64,000 nucleotides of DNA from the sequence record MF360958.1. One strand, given 5' to 3'. Every line of letters starts with the position of its first letter. Positions within the stretch are counted from its first letter, which is position 1. This document shows positions 9,503-20,674 of the stretch, piece after piece. The translations under genes were made by a program, and so were the position numbers. Below the pieces are notes generated by a model. That model saw nothing but the letters and a program-made list of their open reading frames with translations, made no database searches and was not told the origin of the DNA.

Positions 9503-10261
9503 TTATTTTTTATTTTCTTTATTATTCCCAAGAAATTTGGCTAATGCATACCCCGCAAGGCCATACATTAAAGGTTTATTATAATCAGAACCTTTATCTT
9601 TTTTACTTTTTTCAGGTTTCTTTTCAGAAGGTGATACACCTATAGTATCATCGGCTCTGGCTTTCTTTAAATCTATTTCACGATGACGCTCTTTACGTTG
9701 TTGTTCGTGATCATAGCGTACATTTGAAGCCATTTCATTTATATATTGAGTTATTACAGATCGACGATAATTAATAGTCCCATATTTTGATAATTTGTCC
9801 ATAGTAATTCGCTTTTCACGAATCCCTAAACGATTCCAATTTACTGCTAAGCGTCCAAGTGAACGAAGCATATTATCTTCAATATAAAGATATTTTGTTA
9901 TCAATTTCAGAAAACGATCTAATTCTGTTAGTGGTAAAGAACCACTAGAAAGCTTTCTTAAAAGTCGTATATATGCATGAACATCAAGACTAGTTCTTTT
10001 TAATAAAATAGTATCATTTTTTGATAATTCAAATTCACCAATATTCATAATGTAATAAAATGAATTATATAATTCGGTAGCATTAATTTTGAAATTATTA
10101 AATCCGCTATGCATTACTGTCATTTTTGCATAATTGGCAGCTTCCTCAGAATATTCATATTCTTTATACATAATTGCTAAAGCAATCATGTCAAAATAGA
10201 TTTTATTTAGAACCTGTCGTGGTCCAAAATCGTGCATTTGTTTTAAACTTCTAAACATCAT
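9503..10261 (-). CDS. hypothetical protein (252 aa)
   Basis: long ORF in the operon; AAGGA RBS. Confidence 0.75.
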   Translation of the reverse strand: MMFRSLKQMHDFGPRQVLNKIYFDMIALAIMYKEYEYSEEAANYAKMTVMHSGFNNFKINATELYNSFYYIMNIGEFELSKNDTILLKRTSLDVHAYIRLLRKLSSGSLPLTELDRFLKLITKYLYIEDNMLRSLGRLAVNWNRLGIREKRITMDKLSKYGTINYRRSVITQYINEMASNVRYDHEQQRKERHREIDLKKARADDTIGVSPSEKKPEKSKKDKGSDYNKPLMYGLAGYALAKFLGNNKENKK

Positions 10262-10281
10262 ATTTTTATTATCCTTATAAT

Positions 10282-12252
10282 TTATGCATAAGTTATTACA
10301 ACCGTTAACGAGCCGGTTGTTGAATTTGCTGGTTCAAAATATGCATTTAAACTTGTATCTCCACCATTATCATATACATAGGAAGGATTACTTGCATAAT
10401 TTGATACAGAAGTAAGATCAACTATTTCATTTTCAATAAGCCGTTTATTATCACCCGAATCGCCAACATCAATTATTGCTTTATCATCGTCAAATGCTTG
10501 ATCTACACTTATAGTTATATTTGATACACGCGAATTATTAGAGACAGTACCTACAAGATATGTTCCTTGAGTATCAGCACTTGTTAGTGTTAATGATAAT
10601 GTATTCGCGTCAGTTTTAGCACTATCCGCATTAGCAATCATACTCCAACCTGACATGGTATAAATCCAATAAGCCCATTCACCATTTCCACTATCCATAA
10701 CATAAGCAGAATCACCGGGAAGTACATTTAAATTATTCTTTTGATTATCATCGTCTACAATATATACGTCACCTTTCCGTATACCTTGTTCAACGTATAA
10801 CACAACCGGATAACGACCATTATGGACATCATATAAACCTAATTCAGATATCATATTTACACTATTAGTTGAAGGATTATTAAATTGTAGCTTTCCACCA
10901 TCTAAACGGGAAATAATGATTTTATAATCAGTTGATTCAGATTTCGATAATGGCCATGCAGTTATCGAACTTGTTCCTGCAAATGGAATATCATTAGTAT
11001 CATTCTGAACATTAACAATATTAATAGAATTACCATTTAAAGAAGTAAGGATAGCATCTGAACCGTCAACGGATGCTTCTATATTTTCTATATTAGCTTT
11101 ATTTATTGTATTAACAATATCATATTCATCAGCTATACCTGATCCGTAACGGTTTGAACCACTACTATCATCATTAAATTCTATTAAATTTCCATTAATT
11201 TCAGCACTAAATGGTATATAACCACCAAATAATCCATAATTATATTCTCCAGATTGTACTGTCATAGTTACTTCTGAAGATGTTATATCAGAACTATATA
11301 ATTCTGAATTTAAATTATTAATATTATTACTTAATGTTTGTAAACTACCGTCATTAGTAGAAACACTTTCTCCATTAATTAATAGTTCATCTCCTGATGA
11401 GAAATTGGGATTGGCGTTAGTTCCTGTTATACTAGTAGATACAGCATCTAATAATTTAATAAAAAGAAGTTTAGAAGACTTTTCTGTTGTTATTTCACCA
11501 TTACTTCCAGAATAGAGAAAATCACCTGCATTTCCTTCAACGGCGGGGCGATAATCATATATATCGTTTATAGGATTTATCATAAACCAATCACTACCCA
11601 TTGTTTGAGTAACATGACCAACTATACGATTTGAATTTGAATCATTTGTTTTTATAAACTCTCCTGTATTAGATATTGATATAATATCACCTTTGGTAAG
11701 TCCATGATTTGTTTTAAACAATAAGAAATTTTCAATAGGATTTAAATATTTAAAATAAGAATCTACACGGCTATAAAATCGCGTACTAGAAAAGTCTTTT
11801 GGAATTGATGAAAACATCGGTTGCATGTTTTCATTTACTTGAAATATAACACATGCACCTATATCAATACGTCCTACACCATCAGAAGCATTAAATGTAT
11901 TATAACGTAAGTAATCTTCAGCAACTATATCAATTTCAGTTGAAGATTTATAAATGACTTGTGTTATTTTTAATACTGTTCCATCATTAGAAGCAATATA
12001 ATCACCTACATGGATATCATATCCATTATATACAAAAGGTTCTCTAGTTAAATGAGATCCATGCTGGGCTTCTTCTATGGTAATATTATAACTCCAACTA
12101 TAATACCGTGTTTGAGAACCATCTTTCCACCATGGATCATTCGAACCATTTGGATAAGACCAATATCCATATCCTGAGACAGATTGTACTTCACCTCTTA
12201 ATAGTTTAGGAGGAACATTAGCTTCTATATTGGATGTTTTAAATAAATCCAT
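10282..12252 (-). CDS. virion structural protein (tail/baseplate-associated, 656 aa)
   Basis: beta-rich G/S/N/D composition; directly downstream of the giant fibre gene. Confidence 0.65.
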   Translation of the reverse strand: MDLFKTSNIEANVPPKLLRGEVQSVSGYGYWSYPNGSNDPWWKDGSQTRYYSWSYNITIEEAQHGSHLTREPFVYNGYDIHVGDYIASNDGTVLKITQVIYKSSTEIDIVAEDYLRYNTFNASDGVGRIDIGACVIFQVNENMQPMFSSIPKDFSSTRFYSRVDSYFKYLNPIENFLLFKTNHGLTKGDIISISNTGEFIKTNDSNSNRIVGHVTQTMGSDWFMINPINDIYDYRPAVEGNAGDFLYSGSNGEITTEKSSKLLFIKLLDAVSTSITGTNANPNFSSGDELLINGESVSTNDGSLQTLSNNINNLNSELYSSDITSSEVTMTVQSGEYNYGLFGGYIPFSAEINGNLIEFNDDSSGSNRYGSGIADEYDIVNTINKANIENIEASVDGSDAILTSLNGNSINIVNVQNDTNDIPFAGTSSITAWPLSKSESTDYKIIISRLDGGKLQFNNPSTNSVNMISELGLYDVHNGRYPVVLYVEQGIRKGDVYIVDDDNQKNNLNVLPGDSAYVMDSGNGEWAYWIYTMSGWSMIANADSAKTDANTLSLTLTSADTQGTYLVGTVSNNSRVSNITISVDQAFDDDKAIIDVGDSGDNKRLIENEIVDLTSVSNYASNPSYVYDNGGDTSLNAYFEPANSTTGSLTVVITYA

Positions 12253-12255
12253 AAA

Positions 12256-15200
12256 TTAAGCTCCTTTGAAAGTCATTAATACCCATGTATCTGCGAATTT
12301 TAAAGTGTCACCTGTAAACGCATCTACGTGTGAAGCACCCATATCTGTCATGTTTAGGGTATATTCTTGATAAAATCTTGGTACTGAACTATCGTTTGTT
12401 GAAGGCATATTATAGTTCCCAAATGGTTCTGTTTTTGTATATGATGTTGCTTCATCACGATTGTATATATAACCAGTACCAAGTGCCTGATCTAATGGGC
12501 GTTGCTTATAAACACCTCCCGTAAATTCACCTGTGCCACTATCATATTCCGCAAGAGCCCCTGTAAATGCGTAGAAATTTATACCACTAGGGGGATATGG
12601 ATAAACTAATGTTCCTATATGTGCGACAGTACCGTCAGCATCAGCAATTTCAATATGTAAATTCCCAGAAGGATTAATAATATCTGCAATATTATTACTA
12701 CTATCATATACTACCCGGAATGATTCAAATACTGCATCCCCCGAACTGGAACCACCTGAAGGAATATCTTGTGGTTCATATTCACCATTAGTATCATTGT
12801 AAACTAAAATCTGTCCGTTAGTTGGCGCAGTAGTACTTATGTCTGTTAGATCACTACTTGCTAATGATGGAGATGTAGATGTGTTATCAATAACTTCAAA
12901 ATTACCTGTAGAACTGTTGTATGCAAGAATCTGACCATCACTAAGACCAGTTGTATCTACATCAGCTAAATCATTAATATTTGTAACAAGATTTACGGTT
13001 TCATTTACAAAATTTGTACCATTATAACGAATAAATTGCCCACTAGATGGACTACTTACTGAAACATCAGTTAAATCATTTAATGTTGAAATATTTGATG
13101 ATGTTTGATCTTGTGGTTCAAACACATTATTTGATGAATTATATACAAGAACTTGACCATCTGTAGCTCCACTTGTATTAATAGTACTGAGTATAGATAA
13201 ATCATAAGTCTTGTTAACAAAATTAGTTCCATCATATTCTAAAATTTGACCATTTTCTAGAAAAGATATATCAACATCAGATAATTCATTTAGTTGTTGT
13301 GCCCCTTCATTTATGCTAGAAGGTACGAATTGAGAACCATCCCATTGTAAATATTGATTGGTACTAATATTTGATATATTAACATCATCAAGATTCGACA
13401 GCTGTGTTCTTCCTTCGATATAATCAATAGGTATAAATTGAGAACCATCCCATTGTAATATTTGATCAAGACCTATACTACTAATATCCACATCATTTAA
13501 GTTTCCTATTTCATTTACACCTTGAATAAGATCGATAGGTATAAATTGAGAACCATCCCATTGTAATATTTGATCAAGACCTATACTACTAATATCCACA
13601 TCGTCAAGATCGTTAATTTTTTCTGCGCCCTCAATATTATCAACAGGTACAAATTCAGAACCATTATACTCAAGGATTTGTCCTGATGTAATGCTTGAAT
13701 AATTTACGTTAGCTAAATCATTAATATTTGTAACAAGATTTACGGTTTCATTTACAAAATTTGTACCATTATAACGAATAAACTGTCCGTTAGACGGACT
13801 AGTTACTGAAACATCAGATAAATCATTTAATGAATTAACAATTTGAACCGTTTTCTGTTCAAAAAATCCACTTGTGGAGTTGTATACTAGATAATCACCA
13901 TCTGATGGTGATGAAATATTAAACCAATCAAGTTTTTGAAAATCTATAGAACGATTAGTAAAATCTGTGCCATTATATACTAGTACGTCATCGGTTGTTA
14001 AAGAACTAATATCTGTATCTGTAAGATCAGATATTGTTGTTGATGTTACATTATCAACAGGTACAAATTCAGAACCATTATATTCAAGGATTTGTCCACT
14101 AGTAGGAGCAGTAGTAGATAAGTCAACATCACTTAATCCATTTAGTTCTGTAGCCCCCTCTGTTATTGTTGAAGGTACGAATTGAGAACCATTCCACTGT
14201 AGATATTGATTAGAATTTATATTCGAAGCATCAACATTTGTAAGATCGAACATACTAATCAATGTTACATTATCAACAGGTACAAATTCAGAACCATTAT
14301 ATTCAAGGATTTGTCCACTAGTAGGAGCAGTAGTAGATAAGTCAACATCACTTAATCCATTTAGTTCTGTAGCCCCCTCTGTTATTGTTGAAGGTACGAA
14401 TTGAGAACCATCCCATTGTAAGTATTGTCCTGTACTAATAGAATCTAATAATATATCATTAAATTCACTAATACTTTCACCTAACACATTAGGTTGTTTT
14501 GATATAAAGTAACCTTGAGATGAATTAAATGAAAGTATATCATTATCATTTGGAGATAATGAACCATCAACATCACCCAACTCTGATAGTTGTGTTGCAC
14601 CAATTCCATCACTTGTTATGGTTTGAGCACTGAATGATCCAGATGAAGAATCGTATATCAAAGCTTGCCCGTCACTTGGAGAAAGAGTATCGCTGACATC
14701 ATTCAGTTCAGATAATTGAGTCGCACTTCCAGTTCCAGTAGTAGTAGTCACGAAATAACCACTATTAGCATCGTAAATAAGTATCTGTCCATCCATTGGA
14801 CTAAGATTGGGATCGATTTCAGGCAAATCAGTTATATTTTTTACTGCATCTATATTTTCAAAATTAGTTGTAACAAATGCTGAACCATCAAATTGTAATA
14901 TATCACCTGCTGAAATATTATTAAATACAACATCATTAAATATGGATATTGATTCATTAGATAATTTATAAGGAACAAATTCAGAATTATTAGCATCCCA
15001 ACTAATTAGATCGGTATTGTCCAATTTAATAGTTTCAGAGCCATTAACCGTTTCTTTTACATTAATACCATTTAAATCTGTTATATTATTTCGTATGTCT
15101 AATGTTGCATTAATGAAAGAACTTCCTGACCAAATTAAGGCTTCACCACCATCAGGAGAAGTAATATTAACATCACTAATATCGTTTAATTGATTAATTA

Positions 15201-17988
15201 CAGGAGGTTTATTAGAAGCAATATAGTTACTTCCATCATATTCTAAAATTTGTCCAGATACAATACCGCTATCATCAACATTTGAAATCTCATTTAATTG
15301 GTTAATTGTTCCAACATCAGGATTTCGTACAAACTTACTACCATCCCATGTTAAAGCATCACCACTTTGTATGTTAGATAAATCTACATCTGAAAATACA
15401 TCAATAGTAGTTAGTTCATCTGAAAGATTTATTGGTACAAAATTTGTTCCATCATACTGAAGTATCTGGTTACTAGAGACTGTATTTATATCAACATCAG
15501 TAAGATCATTTAGTGAAATACTACCTACATTTATATCAGCAGGTATAAATTGAGAACCGTCCCATTGAATAACCTGATTAGTAGTTATGGATGAAATATC
15601 TACATCAGACATATTACTAATTGAATTATTTTGTATGATAAATTCTGAGGTACTATTGTCATATACAAATGTTGCACCATGAGAAGGAGTTTGATAATTT
15701 ATATTAAGACTATCGTAGATATTTCTTGAAACATATTCATTGGTATTTGAATCATAAATGATAATGTCGTTATTATTTGCTGTTTCAAATATTATAGCAT
15801 TTTTGTTAACAAATTCAGAACCATTGTAAATAAGAACTTGATTTTGAGATAATGAACTAAATGTTGTATCTTTTAAATCTGCAACTGATAAGAAATTGTC
15901 TTTACTAATATTTTCAAAAGAACTATCTGTTTGATTATAAACAAGAATATGATTATCAGATATAGAAGTTATGTTAATGTCATCCAAATCATTCAAAGTT
16001 GATCTATCAATATTATTAATACTTATTCTTCGGAAATAACCATTAGCAGCATCATATGCAAGGATATCATTATCGGAATAAGATGATGATGAATTAAATG
16101 GTATAATATCTTCATTGACAAAGTTATTACCATTGAATACAATACCTTGACCCTGTTGAATATTAGAAGCATTCACATCATTTTGTTTAAGTATAGTATC
16201 AGAATCAGATAATGCTTCAAAATAATTTTGCGAAGCATTATATTTCAAAATATAACCATTCTGAATATTATTAATACTATTTGAATCAACATCTGTGAGT
16301 TCTGAGACTGATTGAGAAACAGTTATATTTAAATCATCAGAAGATGCTGGTACAAATTTACTTAAAGAACCATCCCATATAATAATATTGCCATCATTAA
16401 TAGAACTAAGATCTATATCTTTTAAATTATTAACTGAAATATTACCTAATTCAGTTGATAAATTTTGTGTATTTAAAAATTTATTATTATTAGTTTCAGT
16501 TAAATCATCAGTTGTCATATTAGCAAAAAAGCTATCAAAATTACTTTGATTAAGATACTTTGCATTTTGAGATTCCATTAAATCATCAATATATTGAATT
16601 TTATCTTCAGGAATCCATATAGAATTAGAACTATCATAGACAAGATATTGATTATTAGTTAAACTATTAAGATCTACATCATTTAAATCAGATATATTAA
16701 TATGTGTATTAATCCAAAAACCATTATCAAATTTTAAAAATAAACCATTGCTAGATTGACTAATATTCGTATCGGAAATTTGAGATAATTGTATTCCATA
16801 GGATGGACTATCTATATATGTTGTTATATCATTAAAAGTTCTTTGCTGATTATAATATAAATTATTATTTCCTTCAGGAATATCATCAGTTGTATTAATA
16901 TCTACAACAATGTTTCCAAAAGTCCATTGAGAACCATCCCATATAGGAGCTTGGTTTTCTTGGGGATTGCCATCAACTAACCCAAGATCTTGTATAGTAA
17001 CATTTTGAAGATATGATTCTACACGGCTATCCGTATAATATAAATTATTATTTCCTTCGGGAAGATCATCAGTTGTGTTCGAAATATCAGCATCAATAAT
17101 AAGTTCTTCACTATTAGAAGATTGTTTAATAGTGATGCCATTACCTTCTAAAAGTGTTCTATATTGAAGAATACCACCTATTTTTCCAGAAAATAATTCA
17201 TAACCATTGCCTAAATTCTCACCATTTATAACATCTCCATCGCCTGAACCACCAGAAAGATTTAAAACACTAACAGGAACAACTTCCCATAAACTGCGTG
17301 AAGCATTATAATACAGCACACTTTCATTTTGAATATTTGAACTATCAACATCATGAAGATTGTTTAGAAAGTTATTTTCTGGAACAGTTGCAATCCAATC
17401 GTTTTCTGAATCGCTCCATTGTAATATATTACCATCTTCGGCAGAACCTTGTGAAATTGTTTGTGTGGTTATGGATTCGGTTGCCGTGCCGTGAAATGTT
17501 ACAGCAAAAATATTTGCAAATCTTCTACCATTTGAACCTAAGTCGTATGTGTTATCATCATCAGGAAGGTTAGATGCATTTGCTTCAAGAAAAGCAGAAT
17601 GAGATTCTTCTACTGAATAAACATTTAAATTACTACGTGCTTTTTCTGAATCCAGATCTGATAGATTTTTTGATATTTGTACTAAATCATCTTTCGTTAA
17701 TGAATCTAATGTTTGTGCATCACCATTGAAATGAATATCAACTGTAGCACCATTATTGATAATATCAATACCATTACTACCAGTAATTGATTTTATTCTA
17801 ATGGTTCTTCCTTGTATATCATTGAATATTCTTTCACCCGAGCCCATACTAAAACCATTTTCAACAATAGTATCTACATTAAATAAATTAAGTGTTGGTT
17901 CTGTATTAATGAATTTTTTTTGAATTTCATCATAAATTAATATATGATTAGAAAGTGGATTGTTTATATTGAAATGTTCATCAGACAT
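12256..17988 (-). CDS. giant repeat fibre protein (1910 aa)
   Basis: dozens of ~35-aa repeats L.DL.DV.......GQ.L.(Y/W)DGS.FVP; N-terminal DDDNTYDLGSNGRRFANIFA fibre motif. Confidence 0.85.
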   Translation of the reverse strand: MSDEHFNINNPLSNHILIYDEIQKKFINTEPTLNLFNVDTIVENGFSMGSGERIFNDIQGRTIRIKSITGSNGIDIINNGATVDIHFNGDAQTLDSLTKDDLVQISKNLSDLDSEKARSNLNVYSVEESHSAFLEANASNLPDDDNTYDLGSNGRRFANIFAVTFHGTATESITTQTISQGSAEDGNILQWSDSENDWIATVPENNFLNNLHDVDSSNIQNESVLYYNASRSLWEVVPVSVLNLSGGSGDGDVINGENLGNGYELFSGKIGGILQYRTLLEGNGITIKQSSNSEELIIDADISNTTDDLPEGNNNLYYTDSRVESYLQNVTIQDLGLVDGNPQENQAPIWDGSQWTFGNIVVDINTTDDIPEGNNNLYYNQQRTFNDITTYIDSPSYGIQLSQISDTNISQSSNGLFLKFDNGFWINTHINISDLNDVDLNSLTNNQYLVYDSSNSIWIPEDKIQYIDDLMESQNAKYLNQSNFDSFFANMTTDDLTETNNNKFLNTQNLSTELGNISVNNLKDIDLSSINDGNIIIWDGSLSKFVPASSDDLNITVSQSVSELTDVDSNSINNIQNGYILKYNASQNYFEALSDSDTILKQNDVNASNIQQGQGIVFNGNNFVNEDIIPFNSSSSYSDNDILAYDAANGYFRRISINNIDRSTLNDLDDINITSISDNHILVYNQTDSSFENISKDNFLSVADLKDTTFSSLSQNQVLIYNGSEFVNKNAIIFETANNNDIIIYDSNTNEYVSRNIYDSLNINYQTPSHGATFVYDNSTSEFIIQNNSISNMSDVDISSITTNQVIQWDGSQFIPADINVGSISLNDLTDVDINTVSSNQILQYDGTNFVPINLSDELTTIDVFSDVDLSNIQSGDALTWDGSKFVRNPDVGTINQLNEISNVDDSGIVSGQILEYDGSNYIASNKPPVINQLNDISDVNITSPDGGEALIWSGSSFINATLDIRNNITDLNGINVKETVNGSETIKLDNTDLISWDANNSEFVPYKLSNESISIFNDVVFNNISAGDILQFDGSAFVTTNFENIDAVKNITDLPEIDPNLSPMDGQILIYDANSGYFVTTTTGTGSATQLSELNDVSDTLSPSDGQALIYDSSSGSFSAQTITSDGIGATQLSELGDVDGSLSPNDNDILSFNSSQGYFISKQPNVLGESISEFNDILLDSISTGQYLQWDGSQFVPSTITEGATELNGLSDVDLSTTAPTSGQILEYNGSEFVPVDNVTLISMFDLTNVDASNINSNQYLQWNGSQFVPSTITEGATELNGLSDVDLSTTAPTSGQILEYNGSEFVPVDNVTSTTISDLTDTDISSLTTDDVLVYNGTDFTNRSIDFQKLDWFNISSPSDGDYLVYNSTSGFFEQKTVQIVNSLNDLSDVSVTSPSNGQFIRYNGTNFVNETVNLVTNINDLANVNYSSITSGQILEYNGSEFVPVDNIEGAEKINDLDDVDISSIGLDQILQWDGSQFIPIDLIQGVNEIGNLNDVDISSIGLDQILQWDGSQFIPIDYIEGRTQLSNLDDVNISNISTNQYLQWDGSQFVPSSINEGAQQLNELSDVDISFLENGQILEYDGTNFVNKTYDLSILSTINTSGATDGQVLVYNSSNNVFEPQDQTSSNISTLNDLTDVSVSSPSSGQFIRYNGTNFVNETVNLVTNINDLADVDTTGLSDGQILAYNSSTGNFEVIDNTSTSPSLASSDLTDISTTAPTNGQILVYNDTNGEYEPQDIPSGGSSSGDAVFESFRVVYDSSNNIADIINPSGNLHIEIADADGTVAHIGTLVYPYPPSGINFYAFTGALAEYDSGTGEFTGGVYKQRPLDQALGTGYIYNRDEATSYTKTEPFGNYNMPSTNDSSVPRFYQEYTLNMTDMGASHVDAFTGDTLKFADTWVLMTFKGA
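12964..13782. repeat. 72-bp exact direct repeat (12964-13035 = 13711-13782)
   Basis: identical by inspection; 747-nt in-frame offset. Confidence 0.85.
13427..13602. repeat. 68-bp exact direct repeat (13427-13494 = 13535-13602)
   Basis: identical by inspection; 108-nt in-frame offset. Confidence 0.85.
14043..14411. repeat. 150-bp exact direct repeat (14043-14192 = 14262-14411)
   Basis: identical by inspection; 219-nt in-frame offset; encodes TITEGATELNGLSDVDLSTTAPTSGQILEYNGSEFVPVDNVT twice. Confidence 0.9.
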
Positions 17989-18028
17989 AGGTTATATTCC
18001 TTTTCTTTTATTAATATATCTTTGTTAT

Positions 18029-18036
18029 TATTTATG
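18029..18036 (-). promoter_or_regulatory. T4-like late promoter box (CATAAATA)
   Basis: 41 bp upstream of the giant fibre gene start. Confidence 0.5.
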
Positions 18037-18064
18037 AAATCAAGAAAACAGAATGCATTCATGG

Positions 18065-18093
18065 TTGACATGATTTTTAAAAAATTATAGTAT
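18065..18093 (+). promoter_or_regulatory. sigma70-type promoter
   Basis: TTGACA-17 bp-TAGTAT upstream of ORF 18154. Confidence 0.65.
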
Positions 18094-18153
18094 ATTAATC
18101 ATGAATTCCTATTCTATTAATATAAACATACACCCATAAAGGTTTACTTAAAA

Positions 18154-18855
18154 ATGCATACCAAACTTACTGCAAAACGAAGAGAATTAAAGACTAAAGC
18201 AAAATGGTTAAAAATTGAAAATTCAACCAATATGGTTAAGTCTATAATTGATGAAAATGATGATGAAATTTTCATTTCAAAATTAAGCGATCTTCTTAAA
18301 TTTTACACACCATGTAATAGCAACGATGATCCAAAAGATTTTATTAGAAAACATTTTTTAAAGTACAATTTCAAAGAAAAAGATAAACTTGAATCGTATA
18401 TGCCAAACAAATCAAAAGAAAATTCTAAAAAGAATCAAAAGAAAAAAGCTAAACAAAAAGAACAAGAAATCAACAGTCCTAATAGTAATATGACAAAACA
18501 ACATAATAACCCTACATGTGAGCAAAGAAACCTTTTCGATGAGCTAATGGAAGGTGTTGATGCTTTAATGGACGAAAGGTTTCATGGAAAAGAACTTAAA
18601 AAAGAACGAGTTACTGACAATAAATCCAATCAAGATAATACTCAACAACCATTCCAGTATGATGAAATTGTTTATGAGTTAATTATTTATAAAAAAGATA
18701 ACTCTGTTCATTTTATAATGGAATTTGAATCTTATGATCATCTTAAAGATCATCTACGCAGCTATTTGGTGCGTTATCCTAGTGTTAATGATAAATTTAA
18801 AGTAAGAACCAAATATATTAAAACAACCGATATTGATATGGATCTAAAGGATTAA
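18154..18855 (+). CDS. hypothetical protein (233 aa)
   Basis: ORF downstream of the sigma70 promoter. Confidence 0.75.
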   Translation: MHTKLTAKRRELKTKAKWLKIENSTNMVKSIIDENDDEIFISKLSDLLKFYTPCNSNDDPKDFIRKHFLKYNFKEKDKLESYMPNKSKENSKKNQKKKAKQKEQEINSPNSNMTKQHNNPTCEQRNLFDELMEGVDALMDERFHGKELKKERVTDNKSNQDNTQQPFQYDEIVYELIIYKKDNSVHFIMEFESYDHLKDHLRSYLVRYPSVNDKFKVRTKYIKTTDIDMDLKD

Positions 18856-18858
18856 ACT

Positions 18859-20289
18859 ATGTTTGAAGCACTCAATCTTTCTCATTTATTAGGGCAAGAC
18901 CCAATAACTTTTATAAGAGATCAAATTCAAAATAATCAAATGTTAGTAGCGTTTGTTGCAACAATGGCTATTGGTTCGATCTTATTTTTCTTGAGAAAAA
19001 TACCTTCATTGTTGTCAAAACTGTTTTTATCTAATTTTACAGTTGTAATGACTGTATCAAATTCAGATTTAAATTATAATGATATTATGAATTATTTCAC
19101 AGCAAATGGTTTTATAAGTTCAAAAGTAAGACGTGTTGAAGCAATTGAATATTGTCAAAAGAATGAAGATAGTAATTCTTTCAAACAATCTATGACTAAT
19201 AATATAGATCTTGGTTTAGGACCGGGTTATCATATTATTTTTTATAAAAGAAAGCCTTTTCTTATTCATCATCATATTAGTCAAGAATCAAAAATGAAAG
19301 ATAAACCAAAGACATTAACAATTAGAACATTTGGGCGAAATAATACTGTATTAAAAAACTTTTTACATGATGTAACGAATTATGTTTTCAATAGAGATAG
19401 TGAATATATTCGTGCTGAAATTGTTGATAGTTTTCGGTCATTTGAAACACAATCTCCAAAACGATATCGGCATACTCTCATCCTTGATAAAGAAACTGAA
19501 GATGATATTTTTCATGATATTGGTTGGTTTACTACAAACCGCAATTGGTATATGAAGCGTGGTATTGCTTATAAGCGAGGTTATCTATTCTATGGTCCTC
19601 CGGGTACGGGTAAGACCTCATTGGTTAAAACTATTTCCACGTATCTAGAAACAAATATTAAAATTATCAATCTAAATTCTGTCATGGATGACAATCAGCT
19701 ATTAGCTATGTTTGCCTCTATTGATAGAGGCAGTATAGTACTGTTAGAAGACATTGATGCTATTAATCTTGATATCAATGAACGAAATAAATCCGTTTCT
19801 AATCAATCAAACATTAAGAAAGTCAAGAATGATTCTAAAACACCAAATGAAAGTGAAAATGAACAAAATGAACAAGAGGAACATAGAGGTGGTGGTGGTG
19901 TAACACTTTCTGGTGTGCTTAATGCTCTTGATGGTGTTACCAATTCCGATTCAGTGATAACCATCATGACAACTAATTATCCCGAGAAAATTGATACTGC
20001 TATGTTACGTCCGGGACGTGTTGATAAGAAAGTTTATATTGGTTATCCAAATTTTGACTCTTGTAAACGCTTTTTTGAAATGTTTTATGATGATATTCAA
20101 GATGAAGAAATTAAAGATAATTTTGCACAAGCTTGTGTGAACAATCAATTATCACCTGCTGATATTCAAGAAGTTTGTATTGAAAATATTGGAAATCCTG
20201 AAAAAGCAATTGATAATATCAAAAATAATTCACACCAAAAATCATTACATAGTGTTTATTATACTAAAAATAATAACACAATTTCATAA
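18859..20289 (+). CDS. BCS1-like membrane-anchored AAA+ ATPase
   Basis: N-terminal hydrophobic segment; WYMKRGIAYKRGYLFYGPPGTGKTS Walker A, LLEDID Walker B, VTLSGVLNALDGV, TTNYPEKID.AMLRPGRVD. Confidence 0.85.
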   Translation: MFEALNLSHLLGQDPITFIRDQIQNNQMLVAFVATMAIGSILFFLRKIPSLLSKLFLSNFTVVMTVSNSDLNYNDIMNYFTANGFISSKVRRVEAIEYCQKNEDSNSFKQSMTNNIDLGLGPGYHIIFYKRKPFLIHHHISQESKMKDKPKTLTIRTFGRNNTVLKNFLHDVTNYVFNRDSEYIRAEIVDSFRSFETQSPKRYRHTLILDKETEDDIFHDIGWFTTNRNWYMKRGIAYKRGYLFYGPPGTGKTSLVKTISTYLETNIKIINLNSVMDDNQLLAMFASIDRGSIVLLEDIDAINLDINERNKSVSNQSNIKKVKNDSKTPNESENEQNEQEEHRGGGGVTLSGVLNALDGVTNSDSVITIMTTNYPEKIDTAMLRPGRVDKKVYIGYPNFDSCKRFFEMFYDDIQDEEIKDNFAQACVNNQLSPADIQEVCIENIGNPEKAIDNIKNNSHQKSLHSVYYTKNNNTIS

Positions 20290-20356
20290 TATTTAAATAT
20301 TGATCTTTATGATAAGTTATCATAGAATATTACTAACTAAACTTTAAAAGGTAATT

Positions 20357-20674
20357 ATGAATAGAGTCACAAAATCATTTCTGCGAATTCTACAAAGCTT
20401 TATACAAGATGTTGTAGTTTTTACAATTCTTTATATACCAGTCATATTTTTACTGAGATATTTCGGTTGGATTGATCCAATAGACCTTTCACACATTTTA
20501 TTCGCGGTGACTGTATTAATCATTTCACCAATATCGGATTATATTTCATCTAAAATCAATATTAATGATCGTGTACTATGGACTCGTAAACATAGTTCGG
20601 ATTATACCGACGAAGATGTAGATCCAAATTATTTAAATAACCAAGTTAAATGTGAGGAAGGAGATTATTCATGA
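20357..20674 (+). CDS. small membrane protein (about 2 TM)
   Basis: two hydrophobic stretches; AAGG RBS. Confidence 0.65.
   Translation: MNRVTKSFLRILQSFIQDVVVFTILYIPVIFLLRYFGWIDPIDLSHILFAVTVLIISPISDYISSKININDRVLWTRKHSSDYTDEDVDPNYLNNQVKCEEGDYS

Noticed and set aside
12256-17988. CRISPR-like array
   Set aside because: The repeats are in-frame coding repeats of uneven length inside one ORF, without unique spacers of constant size.
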